From NCBI GenBank assembly GCA_030638825.1, contig DAOWDU010000014.1, positions 1 to 46,458 of the forward strand: a stretch of DNA of 46,458 nucleotides, in the 5' to 3' direction. The translations under genes and the position numbers were made by a program. Numbering within the stretch: the stretch's first letter is position 1; the number at the start of each line of letters is the position of its first letter. The notes under the pieces were generated by a model, which ran no database searches, was not told where the DNA came from, and was given only the letters and a program-made list of their open reading frames with translations. The stretch comes from a bacterium (GTDB lineage Bacteria > Patescibacteriota > Minisyncoccia > JAHIHE01 > JAGLIN01). Below are positions 26,046 through 35,794 of this stretch, in pieces.

Positions 26046-26291
26046 TTAATATATCTCTTCTTCATTATTATATTCTCCGCTATCCCTGTTATTATTCTGT
26101 GTTTTATTATTACGATTTTTATTTCTTCTCACCACTCTCGTTATCTCCTTGCTCATTATCACTCCGTCCTGAATAATAATATTTATTCTTCCAAAATTCA
26201 ACTCGCGAATGTCGTTGATAACATCCACCTCATCTCTAGAAATCTGGCTTAACTTTTGCCTCTGCTGATTTTCCATTTGTTGGCTTTCCAT
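26046..26291 (-). CDS. Small DUF2292/YezD-like protein
   Basis: Core IRELNFGRINIIIQDGVIMSKEITRVVR fits the helix + FG-x-I-x-I-x-I-[QH]DG beta pattern of the family. Confidence 0.65.
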   Translation of the reverse strand: MESQQMENQQRQKLSQISRDEVDVINDIRELNFGRINIIIQDGVIMSKEITRVVRRNKNRNNKTQNNNRDSGEYNNEEEIY

Positions 26292-26521
26292 AATTTGTAT
26301 TTTATGGATTATGGAATTTTAATTCTAATCACTTTTCTATTTCAACTGCTTCAGAAAATTGACTTGGAACTTTCTAAATTTAAGCCAAATAAAAACAACC
26401 AAAACAAAACAAAATTTCTCTGGCCGTTGTCCACCCTGAATAACATTATGACATATCTACTCCTATATTTTTGTCAATTCAAGATTTCAGACCCTCCCTA
26501 TTTCTATCCCTTGCCAAACTT

Positions 26522-26549
26522 ATTATCCCACTCATAAAAACTATGTCAA
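26522..26549 (-). promoter_or_regulatory. Putative promoter upstream of the DUF2292-like gene
   Basis: TTGACA-16 bp-GATAAT with extended -10 TG. Confidence 0.45.
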
Positions 26550-26674
26550 GGGTCTAATCTAACTTTCTTTTTCTAACAACTTTTTACTGTAAACTTAGCG
26601 GTTTATTTTTAAAATATTTAATAGTGACGAGTAATTTTTGGGCTTGAGTTTTAAGTTATCCACAGATTTTTATT

Positions 26675-26814
26675 TGTCATTGCGAGGAGGCTGAACGAAC
26701 GAAGTGAGAGAAAAGCCGACGAAGCAATCCCGTGACTATGCACAATGAATTTAATTCTGGGATTGCTTCGTCGCCATTTCGTTCGCTACGCTCCTCAGGC
26801 TTCTCGCAATGACA
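26675..26814. repeat. 140-bp TGTC-tagged composite palindromic element (MITE/REP-like)
   Basis: Termini TGTCATTGCGAG...CTCGCAATGACA; inner IR CGACGAAGCAATCCC/GGGATTGCTTCGTCG. Confidence 0.85.
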
Positions 26815-26833
26815 TTTTGTAATCCAAACAAAT

Positions 26834-28135
26834 TTAAAAAACATACTCTGTAAAAACCACCACTCGTTCAGAATAATTATTTTTCGCTTTGTCCCACACT
26901 CCCCCGCAAGTGATTAAATTTAAATAAATTCCGTCATCCGCTCCGAATATTTTTTCCATCGGCGCGGTTTCAGTTCCGTATTTTTCAGAAAAGATAACTT
27001 GAAAACGCTTTTTATTATTTTCGCCGTCAATCACAAAAACATCATCCCCCGCTTTTAATTTATGCAGATCCCAAAAAACCGCTGGCTGGCTGGATTTAGT
27101 GTCCAAATGTCCGACAATCACAGCGCTTCCAATTTCGCCAGGCTTTGGACCAAGATTGAACCACGCCACATCAGTGTTATTGCTCGGCGTTTTCATTTTT
27201 TGATTAGCGTCCAAACCAACATCTTGAATTCTGGTATTTATTCCTAATTTTGGAATCTCTAATTTCTGCGGAAGTTCTTTATTCTCTATAATTCCTGTTG
27301 CTGAATTTTTGCTAATAGCCGTCGCAACTGTCGTTGTATTATTTGCAATGTTATTATCGTCATTAGAAAACACTCCAAAAAAATCCTCGTTTTCTGTCTT
27401 TTTACTATTTACTATTGGCATTTGACTATCGTTTTTTACAACTTGTTGCGATTTTAAATTATAATTATTTTTTGCAAACTGCGGCAAAAACACTGACAGC
27501 TGAAATAGAAATATTCCCGTTGTCACAAAAAGCAAAACTGCGATTAAAGTTTGCTTTGATTTTGAAATATTCTCCTTCAATCTTAAATACTTCACAATTT
27601 CATTTCGTCTCGCTCCTAAATGAAGAAGATATTTTGCTAAACAAGCTACTTCACTGTCAGCATGAACAGACCGCAAATTATCAGTTTTTTCAATAATACC
27701 AACTAACAATAAATTAGCCGTTTCATTGTCAATTTCTAAAAACGGAGCTGTTTCTATTAATTTCGCTACAACTTCAGAAACAGAAACACGGTCTGACGAA
27801 TTGCGATAATCAATATTGACAATAGGTAAATTGGGATACATTTTTCTAAACGGTTTTGAATCTATTTTACCAATTGTAAAAATTAAATCGGTTTCAGTTT
27901 TAAATTCAACAATATTCTTTTTCTCTATTAAATCATATCCCGTTAAAAACGAAAACTTTTGCGAGATTTTATTTAGACAAATAATCTGCGGTTTTTTCTC
28001 CGCTTTTTTTAACACCCAAAAAAGCGCCAGCGCGCTGCTAATCATATCTCCGCTTGGATTTTTGGAAATTACGATTAGAGGTCTGGAGCTTTTTTCCATC
28101 AACTCTCTTATTTTTTCTTCATTATTTAAAGACAT
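26834..28135 (-). CDS. Class F sortase fused to a degenerate DHH/NrnA-like N-terminal domain
   Basis: C-terminal GSAVIVGHLD, LNLITCGG and ERVVV; central TM; N-terminal NPSGDMISSALAL, NIDYR and LLVGIIEKTDNL. Confidence 0.85.
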   Translation of the reverse strand: MSLNNEEKIRELMEKSSRPLIVISKNPSGDMISSALALFWVLKKAEKKPQIICLNKISQKFSFLTGYDLIEKKNIVEFKTETDLIFTIGKIDSKPFRKMYPNLPIVNIDYRNSSDRVSVSEVVAKLIETAPFLEIDNETANLLLVGIIEKTDNLRSVHADSEVACLAKYLLHLGARRNEIVKYLRLKENISKSKQTLIAVLLFVTTGIFLFQLSVFLPQFAKNNYNLKSQQVVKNDSQMPIVNSKKTENEDFFGVFSNDDNNIANNTTTVATAISKNSATGIIENKELPQKLEIPKLGINTRIQDVGLDANQKMKTPSNNTDVAWFNLGPKPGEIGSAVIVGHLDTKSSQPAVFWDLHKLKAGDDVFVIDGENNKKRFQVIFSEKYGTETAPMEKIFGADDGIYLNLITCGGVWDKAKNNYSERVVVFTEYVF

Positions 28136-28224
28136 AAATATTTGTAATTACAATCAACATGAGGGTGCCATAGTCTCCGCAGAGCTGTGGCACCCAGAAT
28201 GCAAGATTTTGCAGAATATTTATC

Positions 28225-30714
28225 TTAATTACATTTTAACCCACGCTCCCGATACGCTTTTCTGAAGATCCCAACAATCATCACAGCAGAAATCACAAGC
28301 AATATCTGTTGCCAATTATTACTCGCAACCGCACCTTCCCCTCGTCCTGTTTTTGGCATTTCTTTCGGAATAATTGCTGTTCCTTTTACCTTTTCAACAC
28401 GCACAATCGCGTCATCTGTATCAGTAGCGTATTTTCCATCAACTTGTCCTCGGACTGTTCCAATGTTCGTTGTTGTCTTAGTGATATTAGACTCACAGCT
28501 ATATTTCCATACTTCGGTCGGATCAAGTTTATTGTCGCTGTTAATATCTCCATCTACAAAAATTACGGGAGAACATTTGTCGTCAACCAAAGTCACATCT
28601 GAAATTGCTTTAATTCCTTCGTTATATACTTCATAAGAATAAACAACTAAACCGCCTCCTTCAGGCAACGATTCGGGATTAGCTGTCTTTTCCAATCTAA
28701 TCGCTAAATCCACAGTCGGCACAGTAACAGTCGCTGTCGTTGTGTCTGTCACATTTCCCTTAACACTTTCTCCTGTCACAACAACTGTGTTCAGTGTTGT
28801 TTCCGTTAAGTTAGATTGACAAGTATATTCCCAAATCTCGCCTCTGTCTAATTTGTCATTTGTATTTTTATCGCCATCTTTGTATTCTATTCCGTCACAT
28901 TTGTCATCAACTAAAGTTACATTTGAAAGAGCGTAATGTCCTGGATTAGTCACTTCGTAAGTGTAGATTACTTCACCTCCGCCAACTGGCAAAGTTCTCG
29001 GTTCTGGAGTTTTGATTATTCTGATTGCGGGATAATAAGACACTCCTCCACCTCCGCTACTTACTGAAACTGATGCGTTAGCAGTCGCTTCTACTTTTTG
29101 AGTATTATGATACCCTTCCACTGTCGCCACATTAGTAGTATTCGCAGTTATATTCGCGCTCTGCGTATATGTCCAAGTTTCTGTTAAATCAAGAATATCA
29201 TCACTATTATCATCTCCTGTATAAGAAGTTAATTCTCCTAATTTATCATCAACTAATTTAATATCTGCTAAAGCGACATCGCCAGGATTAGTCACGACAT
29301 AAGTATAATCCACATTTCCTCCACCCACTGGCAAAGAAGTTGGATTTGCTATTTTCGTAATTGCAATTATCGGATCATCTTGCGAAGGAGTTTCTACTGT
29401 AACTGTCGCCTCAGCAGTAACTGGACCTACGGTTTGACTATTATAGATTCCTTCAACTGTCGCAATATTTGTCGTATCTACAGTTATATTCATCTCGCAA
29501 GTATATATCCAGGTTTCCGTTGTTTCAAGAGTATCTATAACATTACTATCTCCGCTAACATAAGTGACAGCGCTACATTTGTCATCCGTTAAAACAATAC
29601 TTTCAAGATCAACATTTCCAGGATTACTTACTTCATAAGTATAAATCACATCTCCTCCGCCAACAGGCAAAGAAGTTGGATTTGCTATTTTCGTAATTGC
29701 AATTGCTGGATTAGCTGGAGGAACGATTTTTTCAAACACGGCGCATACTGGATAAACACTATTTGGACCTGTTCCCTGATTTCCAGCATGATAAGCAGTA
29801 ACAGAAGCCACATCTGCTGAAACAGTAAGGTTATTATTAACTACTTCATCATTCATTGCATAGTCAATACCATCGCTTAAATCACTACTTGTGCCAGTCG
29901 TCGCAATATCATTGTTGCTACTATCATTCAAAATTGCGTACCACTGTTCTTGCAACTGAGACTGACTGCTTCTACTAGGATATCCATCATGTGAAACAGC
30001 TTTTACTTCATAAACGCCAGCTGGAATATCTGCTTGAACAGGACCAGCTTGAATTGGAGCAGGCTGAATAAGTTTATTTGGAAACATCACAACTGTTTTT
30101 CCTTGATTTGCGTAATTATCACAAACTGCTTGAGCGTCAGCAAGAGATGGCGCTTCTTCGCCAATCACATTTAATTCTCTTACAACGGTTACTTGTGAAT
30201 CTGGCTCAGAAGATAGTGCTTCAAGCTTAATATATCTTCCTATTTTAGAATTACTAAATAATACTTCTTGCTCCGATGTATCTATTGGGAACATTCCTGT
30301 TGCCACTGCATCACCCCAGTCTGTTGTATCTTTTGAAACATAAAATTTGTATTCTTTAATATTGCCATTTCCACCATCTGTCCTTGGCAAATATCTGAAT
30401 CCTGAGATGTCATAAGTAAAACCCAAATCTATCTGTATTTCGTGAGGAAGCGTTGCGTCTGGATTATTGACAAGCCATTCAGAATGCCAAAAAGTATTTA
30501 CATCGCCATCAAATGCGTATTCTCCCCGCTGGTCTGCTGAAACCAACTCTTCACTATCCACATATTGCAATGTCCAATTAGCTTGAGAAATTACAGTAGT
30601 CGCATTTGTTATTGGGGTAACTAATAAATTCAATGGAAAAGCGATTAAAACAGTCAAAAAACAATATAACGCTTTTTTTAATAAAATCTCTCTCTTTAAT
30701 AATTTCTGTCTCAT
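28225..30714 (-). CDS. Sortase-anchored surface protein: F5/8 type C (discoidin) domain, four Ig-like repeats, MPKTG sorting signal
   Basis: AFDGDVNTFWHS...IQIDLG; 4x K.A.P..LP.GGG.V.Y.Y.V.N; MPKTG + TM + RKAYRER. Confidence 0.85.
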   Translation of the reverse strand: MRQKLLKREILLKKALYCFLTVLIAFPLNLLVTPITNATTVISQANWTLQYVDSEELVSADQRGEYAFDGDVNTFWHSEWLVNNPDATLPHEIQIDLGFTYDISGFRYLPRTDGGNGNIKEYKFYVSKDTTDWGDAVATGMFPIDTSEQEVLFSNSKIGRYIKLEALSSEPDSQVTVVRELNVIGEEAPSLADAQAVCDNYANQGKTVVMFPNKLIQPAPIQAGPVQADIPAGVYEVKAVSHDGYPSRSSQSQLQEQWYAILNDSSNNDIATTGTSSDLSDGIDYAMNDEVVNNNLTVSADVASVTAYHAGNQGTGPNSVYPVCAVFEKIVPPANPAIAITKIANPTSLPVGGGDVIYTYEVSNPGNVDLESIVLTDDKCSAVTYVSGDSNVIDTLETTETWIYTCEMNITVDTTNIATVEGIYNSQTVGPVTAEATVTVETPSQDDPIIAITKIANPTSLPVGGGNVDYTYVVTNPGDVALADIKLVDDKLGELTSYTGDDNSDDILDLTETWTYTQSANITANTTNVATVEGYHNTQKVEATANASVSVSSGGGGVSYYPAIRIIKTPEPRTLPVGGGEVIYTYEVTNPGHYALSNVTLVDDKCDGIEYKDGDKNTNDKLDRGEIWEYTCQSNLTETTLNTVVVTGESVKGNVTDTTTATVTVPTVDLAIRLEKTANPESLPEGGGLVVYSYEVYNEGIKAISDVTLVDDKCSPVIFVDGDINSDNKLDPTEVWKYSCESNITKTTTNIGTVRGQVDGKYATDTDDAIVRVEKVKGTAIIPKEMPKTGRGEGAVASNNWQQILLVISAVMIVGIFRKAYRERGLKCN

Positions 30715-30898
30715 AGTTTTAATTTAACTTGTTTAATTAACGAATATTTAAAAAACGATTTATTGTTTTCATAAAGCTTTCCTGAATTACATCCTACCAC
30801 ATTAACCAAGGATAGTGGCATACATCGTAAAATCTGTCAAGAGGTCTGCCTTAAAATTATCCTAAATTAGAATTCACTTTAAAAAATTTACACAACAT

Positions 30899-30948
30899 AA
30901 AAACCATAGCCTCTTTCTCACGGCCGTGAGAAAGAGGCTATGGTTTTT
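30899..30948. repeat. Perfect 50-bp CGGCCG-centred palindrome (solo copy 2)
   Basis: 38-bp core identical to 9209-9246, plus 6 extra paired bases on each side. Confidence 0.95.
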
Positions 30949-30977
30949 TCTGGGTATTTCTACTACTAAAGAATTAT

Positions 30978-31937
30978 TTAGGCAACAACACACATTTTAA
31001 CAAGCCAAAATTTATAATTAAAGAACGAGATGATTTTTCCAAAAGTTTTTTCTTCCCCTTCTCCTTCACAATTATTCCAAAAAATATCTTCCGTAAAAGT
31101 TTTGTCCAATGGCTCTATGTTCTCCGTTGGAAACATAATTGGAAGTATAAGCTCTTCGTTTGTCTCTTCTGCTACTATCTCTTCGTCCTTTTTAATTTCA
31201 TCATCTTCACTCTTATTTTCTTCTTCTCTATTTCCTTCATCCTCTCTATAATTCTTATCTTCAAAATAAACTACGGGGGATTTAATTTCAACAAGTTCTT
31301 TTTTTGGTTCTGCTACTTTTATTTCTTCTATTTTAATTTCTGGCTTCTTTTCTACTGAGTTAATATCAACATCTCCTTTAATATTAATTTCGCTATCTTT
31401 ATTTTTTTCGGCTACAATTATTTTTTTTACTTCCATTGGAGAACCAAATTCTTCAACAATAATAATACTTTCATTTCCATCAAAAATTCCTTTTTTCACC
31501 GCAATGCCAACTTCAGTATAATTTGGTTTTAAAATATTATCACGATGAGTGATGCTTCTCATCAAGGCCAAATGAGTTCCTTCCGCTGTCACAAAATCAA
31601 TCGCTAAATTTTCCCCCGCGTAAAGATAATTGTATCCCGCTGATTTTATCCAGTACCACGGAGTTACTCCGCTAGGACTATTATGATCAAAATATTGAAA
31701 CTCAAACATATCATTAACTTTCGCTTCCGCCGCTGCCGTAAGTTTGCTATTAACTTTAAGCGGTAAAAGTCCAGATTTTTTTCTAGACTCATTCGTCAGC
31801 TCAATCATTTTCTGCGCAGTAATATCAGCAGCAATCACCGCCTGGCTATAACTCAACAAAACAAAAACAGAAGAAATAGCTATAATCCACTTTTTAACGA
31901 TTTTTGTATTTTTGTTTTTATCTATTTTTATTTTCAT
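30978..31937 (-). CDS. CAP (SCP-like) domain protein
   Basis: LTNESR, YFDHNSP, AGENLA, SITHRDNIL and TEVGIAV motifs. Confidence 0.92.
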   Translation of the reverse strand: MKIKIDKNKNTKIVKKWIIAISSVFVLLSYSQAVIAADITAQKMIELTNESRKKSGLLPLKVNSKLTAAAEAKVNDMFEFQYFDHNSPSGVTPWYWIKSAGYNYLYAGENLAIDFVTAEGTHLALMRSITHRDNILKPNYTEVGIAVKKGIFDGNESIIIVEEFGSPMEVKKIIVAEKNKDSEINIKGDVDINSVEKKPEIKIEEIKVAEPKKELVEIKSPVVYFEDKNYREDEGNREEENKSEDDEIKKDEEIVAEETNEELILPIMFPTENIEPLDKTFTEDIFWNNCEGEGEEKTFGKIISFFNYKFWLVKMCVVA

Positions 31938-32092
31938 TTTTGTTGTATTTTAAACAAAAAAAGAGCTTTACCACCCTTTTTCTTACTTAAAATAATTTGT
32001 CCCTTTTTGCATTACTCCTGTAGTATACACTACTTTTCAGCGTTCGTCAATAGCATCGCATTGCATGTAAATATTGCATGTAAACATTAAAG

Positions 32093-32211
32093 CATATAAA
32101 CATTTAAACAAGTTGCTATAATGAAAATTTAGTTCAAGAATAAAATCCAGTGGTTTCTTTTTTATTTTTTACTGAAATTTTTATTTTAAAATTTGTTTAA
32201 ATGTTTATATG
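32093..32211. repeat. Low-complexity inverted repeat
   Basis: CATATAAACATTTAAACA (32093-32110) and its exact complement at 32194-32211. Confidence 0.7.
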
Positions 32212-32227
32212 TTTTTATGAACAACAC

Positions 32228-32256
32228 TTGACATATTTTAAAAAATCGTATACAAT
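32228..32256 (+). promoter_or_regulatory. Sigma70 promoter
   Basis: TTGACA-17 bp-TACAAT. Confidence 0.75.
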
Positions 32257-32261
32257 TCAAA

Positions 32262-32419
32262 CCAATGAAGCTAGGAGGTCGGAAGTAAAGCGGTTTTCTA
32301 ATCGGACTGAAGTAGACAAATCTCTCTCCTCTTTCCGTCAGAATTAATTTTCTGCGGAATCTGTCAACTTTAGTCCGTATAATTTAGAAGCTGCTAACTT
32401 CTGGCCTTCTGGTTTTTTT
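32262..32419 (+). ncRNA. Putative ~155-nt rod-shaped ncRNA or structured leader
   Basis: Follows the promoter; 32271-32412 folds into one long interrupted hairpin with many G-U pairs, then T7. Confidence 0.6.
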
Positions 32420-32479
32420 ATTTGCCTTTTTTTATTTTTAGTGGTAAGGTTCATTTATAAACAAGGAGGTATAATTGGA

Positions 32480-32794
32480 ATGGGTCTTTTAATTTTAAAA
32501 AGATATAGAAAGATAAGAAAAAAACGAGAACAAAAAGAAAATAGGATAATATTTCTCTCCTTTATAGTAACAAGATCAGTTAAGCTTATTGAGGAAATAG
32601 ATGATAAAATAGAAACAGAGATAATTGACCTTGAGGTAAAATATATAGAAAGAGAGATTAAATTTTATCAGCAAAAATTATTACATACACGCTTGTCGAA
32701 AAGACAAGTGAAATCAATTGTTAGGGTAATGAAAGAACTACAATTTCAATTGTTTACAAATCTCTTACTAAAAAGAGATTTAATTTTTATCTAA
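32480..32794 (+). CDS. Hypothetical basic helical protein
   Basis: AGGAGG SD at 32465-32470 and ATG at 32480 (ORF track starts at 32441). Confidence 0.55.
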   Translation: MGLLILKRYRKIRKKREQKENRIIFLSFIVTRSVKLIEEIDDKIETEIIDLEVKYIEREIKFYQQKLLHTRLSKRQVKSIVRVMKELQFQLFTNLLLKRDLIFI

Positions 32795-32803
32795 TTTAAA
32801 AAA

Positions 32804-34069
32804 ATGTATAAAAAATCAAAATTAAAAAACGGGCTGAGAATTATTTTGGCTCCGATGAAGTCAACTAAAACGGTTACTGTTTTGGTAATGGTCGGAACGG
32901 GATCTAAAAATGAAAACGAAAAAAATCGCGGCATTTCTCATTTTTTAGAACATATGTTTTTTAAGGGTACGAAGAAACGACCGACGACATTGGATATTAC
33001 CAAAGAATTAGATAAAGTTGGTGGAGTATATAATGCTTTTACTGGTAAAGAGTGTACAGGATTTTGGACGAAAACAGATAAAAAACATTCCAGCATTGCT
33101 TTAGATATTATTTTAGATATGCTTTTAAACTCAAAATTTTCCGAGGAAGAAATTAAAAGAGAAAGGGGAACAATTTTGGAAGAATTAAATATGTATTTAG
33201 ACAATCCGATAATGCACATCTCAGATTTATTTGAAAATTTGTTATATAAAGATCAACCACTTGGTTATGATGAATTAGGAGACAAAAAAACAATAGCGTC
33301 AGTTAAGAGAAAAGATTTTATTGATTATTATAAAAAACATTATACAAATAATAATATAATTATAGCAATTGCTGGAAGTTTTAGTGAGAAAAAAATAAAA
33401 AATAATATTAAAAGATATTTTGATAAACCAAAAAATAATAGTGTAAAAAAACAAAATAAAACTTGCGACAAACAAAACAATCCTAAACTATTTATTAAAT
33501 ATAAAAAAACAGACCAGACACATTTATGTTTAGGCACAAGAGGATATAACACGGATCATAAAGATAAATATGTTTTGTCAATTTTAAATATTATCCTCGG
33601 AGGAAATATGAGTTCTAGATTATTTACTTCAGTTAGAGAACGCAATGGACTTGCTTATTATATCCATACCTCTACTGTGGATTATAAAGATGTTGGCTAT
33701 TTTGTCGCTCAGTCAGGAGTGAATAATAAAAAATGTTTAGACGCGATTAAAATAATTTTAGACGAGTTTAAAAAAGTGAAAGAAGAAAAAATTAGCGCGG
33801 AAGAAATAAAAAGAGCGAAAGATTATTTAAAGGGCAGAACTAACATTGCTTTAGAATCTTCAGACGCCGTGGCAAGTTTTGTCGCTAATCAAGAAATGGA
33901 CACTGGAAAAATTTTGACCCCGCAAGAAAAGTTTGCTAAAATAGATATAGTAACAGCTGACGATTTGCAAAGAGTCGCGCGAGATATATTTGTTGATAAT
34001 AAATTGAACTTAGCTTTGATTGGACCGTTTAAGGACAAGAAAAAGTTTGAGAAGGTTTTAAAATTTTAA
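32804..34069 (+). CDS. M16-family zinc peptidase
   Basis: GISHFLEHMFFKGT (HxxEH); LGGNMSSRLF..VRE..GLAY. Confidence 0.95.
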   Translation: MYKKSKLKNGLRIILAPMKSTKTVTVLVMVGTGSKNENEKNRGISHFLEHMFFKGTKKRPTTLDITKELDKVGGVYNAFTGKECTGFWTKTDKKHSSIALDIILDMLLNSKFSEEEIKRERGTILEELNMYLDNPIMHISDLFENLLYKDQPLGYDELGDKKTIASVKRKDFIDYYKKHYTNNNIIIAIAGSFSEKKIKNNIKRYFDKPKNNSVKKQNKTCDKQNNPKLFIKYKKTDQTHLCLGTRGYNTDHKDKYVLSILNIILGGNMSSRLFTSVRERNGLAYYIHTSTVDYKDVGYFVAQSGVNNKKCLDAIKIILDEFKKVKEEKISAEEIKRAKDYLKGRTNIALESSDAVASFVANQEMDTGKILTPQEKFAKIDIVTADDLQRVARDIFVDNKLNLALIGPFKDKKKFEKVLKF

Positions 34070-34078
34070 TAAAAAGAT

Positions 34079-35113
34079 ATGAGCCAAAAACAAACAATTG
34101 ATATTTCCTACGAAAGTATTTTAAAAGTCATTTTAGTTTTGTTCACGCTGTTTTTTCTTTTCCAATTGCGACATATAATTTTTATTATCTTTATTTCCGT
34201 CATTGTCGCTTTAATCGCCAATCCCGCTGTTGATAAAATGCAAAAAAGAAAAATCCCGCGAGTAGCGGGAGCGTCAATTTTATTTTTGGCGGCTTTTATG
34301 GTAATGGGCTTGTTAGCGTATATAGTAGCTCCGCCCTTAGCAAAAGAAGTGACCCAGCTTACTTCCCAATTTCCCGCTTATTTAGAGCAAGTTAATCTTG
34401 ACGATCCTGTCTTGCAAAATCAGTCTTTTAACTATATAAGTTCAGAACCGTTTCAGAATGTTTTAATTGAGGCTAGCAAATTTTTGAAAAATGTAACCTC
34501 TAATTTTGTTTCCGTAATTCTCGGACTTTTAGGCGGACTTCTTTCAGCAATTCTTATTTTGGTAATTTCATTTTATTTTATTGTTGAAGAAAAAGGTATT
34601 GAAAAATTTGTAGAAGCGGTTATTCCTCATAATCTCCGCTCGCGAGCGTTGAAAATTATTAGGAAAACAGAATCTAAACTTGGAAAATGGTTTATCGGAC
34701 AATTATTTTTAGGTCTTATTGTAGGAATATTATCTTTTATTGGTCTTAGTATTTTAGGAGTCCCCTACGCTTTAGTTCTGGCGATTATCGCTGGCGCGAT
34801 GGAGCTAATCCCGTACATTGGACCGACTCTCGCCAGCATCCCCGCAATCCTAATCGCTTTCACTGTCTCTCCCCTTCTCGCGCTTTTAACTTTTATTTTA
34901 TATTTCCTAATCCAGCAATTTGAAAATTATTTGATCGTTCCCAAAGTAATGGAAAGATCGGTTGGACTTCATCCTGTTATTATAATTATCGCGATGCTTG
35001 TTGGCGGTCAGCTTGCTGGAATTTTGGGAATTATTTTGGCAATTCCAGTAACAACAATTGCTTCTATTATTTTGGAAGATTTATATGGGAGCAAAAAAGA
35101 AAGGGATAATTAG
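34079..35113 (+). CDS. AI-2E family transporter
   Basis: Multi-TM; ELIPYIGP, QQFENYLIVPKVM and GLHP motifs. Confidence 0.93.
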   Translation: MSQKQTIDISYESILKVILVLFTLFFLFQLRHIIFIIFISVIVALIANPAVDKMQKRKIPRVAGASILFLAAFMVMGLLAYIVAPPLAKEVTQLTSQFPAYLEQVNLDDPVLQNQSFNYISSEPFQNVLIEASKFLKNVTSNFVSVILGLLGGLLSAILILVISFYFIVEEKGIEKFVEAVIPHNLRSRALKIIRKTESKLGKWFIGQLFLGLIVGILSFIGLSILGVPYALVLAIIAGAMELIPYIGPTLASIPAILIAFTVSPLLALLTFILYFLIQQFENYLIVPKVMERSVGLHPVIIIIAMLVGGQLAGILGIILAIPVTTIASIILEDLYGSKKERDN

Positions 35114-35135
35114 GGCGGTTTATTATAGGATTATA

Positions 35136-35159
35136 AAAAAGCTCCCTAATGGGAGTTTT
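35136..35159. terminator. Bidirectional terminator
   Basis: AAAAAGCTCCC-taat-GGGAGTTTT between convergent genes. Confidence 0.7.
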
Positions 35160-35427
35160 ATGTAAATATTTGACAGTAAGATTTTGGAGGGGTTTTTATA
35201 AAAAAAGTTTTATTTTTAAAAACTTTTTTTCCTTTTTTAAAAATTTTATAAACTTTTATTTTTTCCCTCCAAGAAACTTCTACTAATCCAAGTGTAGTAG
35301 CTAAGTTATCTAATGCGCTCACAGCATCGTCAAAACTAATTTTGTTTTTAATTTCCTTATTTTCGATGCCTCTTCTAATTTCAAACACAGAAGAAGTTTT
35401 TTCGCTGTTATCAAAAAGAAACTTCAA
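35158..35427 (-). CDS. Small hypothetical protein (winged-helix-like)
   Basis: ORF. A GGAGGG SD near 35475 suggests the real start is further upstream, possibly a non-ATG codon. Confidence 0.45.
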   Translation of the reverse strand: MKFLFDNSEKTSSVFEIRRGIENKEIKNKISFDDAVSALDNLATTLGLVEVSWREKIKVYKIFKKGKKVFKNKTFFIKTPPKSYCQIFT

Positions 35428-35560
35428 AATTCTCTCCTCTAAAGTTGATATTTCTATTTTTCTTATAATTTATCCCTCCCTTAGAATAAAAGATTACATT
35501 CAAAATTGCTTCTTGTCAAGAAAAAAATAGCCCTCGAAAAAATAAATCAAGGGCAATCTG

Positions 35561-35794
35561 CTATTTACATATTGTATAAATAGCTTCGTAGTATGGTCTT
35601 TGGGCATCTGGATCATATTTCTGACTGCTAAGACTATGAAGGGCAACTCTCTTTTTGTAGTTAAGAGTTGCTATCGCAGCTGAAACATCCCATTGATCAA
35701 TATCAACATCAAAGACATTGATCTCTTCTACCAGTTCGCCCACTGTCATTCTGCCTTTTCTTGATAATAATTGAGCTGTTCCCTCTATAATCAT
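35561..35794 (-). CDS. Small hypothetical protein (winged-helix-like)
   Basis: AGGAGG SD with ATG; LLSRKGRMTVGELVEEI...VSAAIATL pattern. Confidence 0.55.
   Translation of the reverse strand: MIIEGTAQLLSRKGRMTVGELVEEINVFDVDIDQWDVSAAIATLNYKKRVALHSLSSQKYDPDAQRPYYEAIYTICK

Noticed and set aside
26656-26664. oriC (perfect DnaA box TTATCCACA)
   Set aside because: A single box with no cluster and no dnaA/dnaN nearby.
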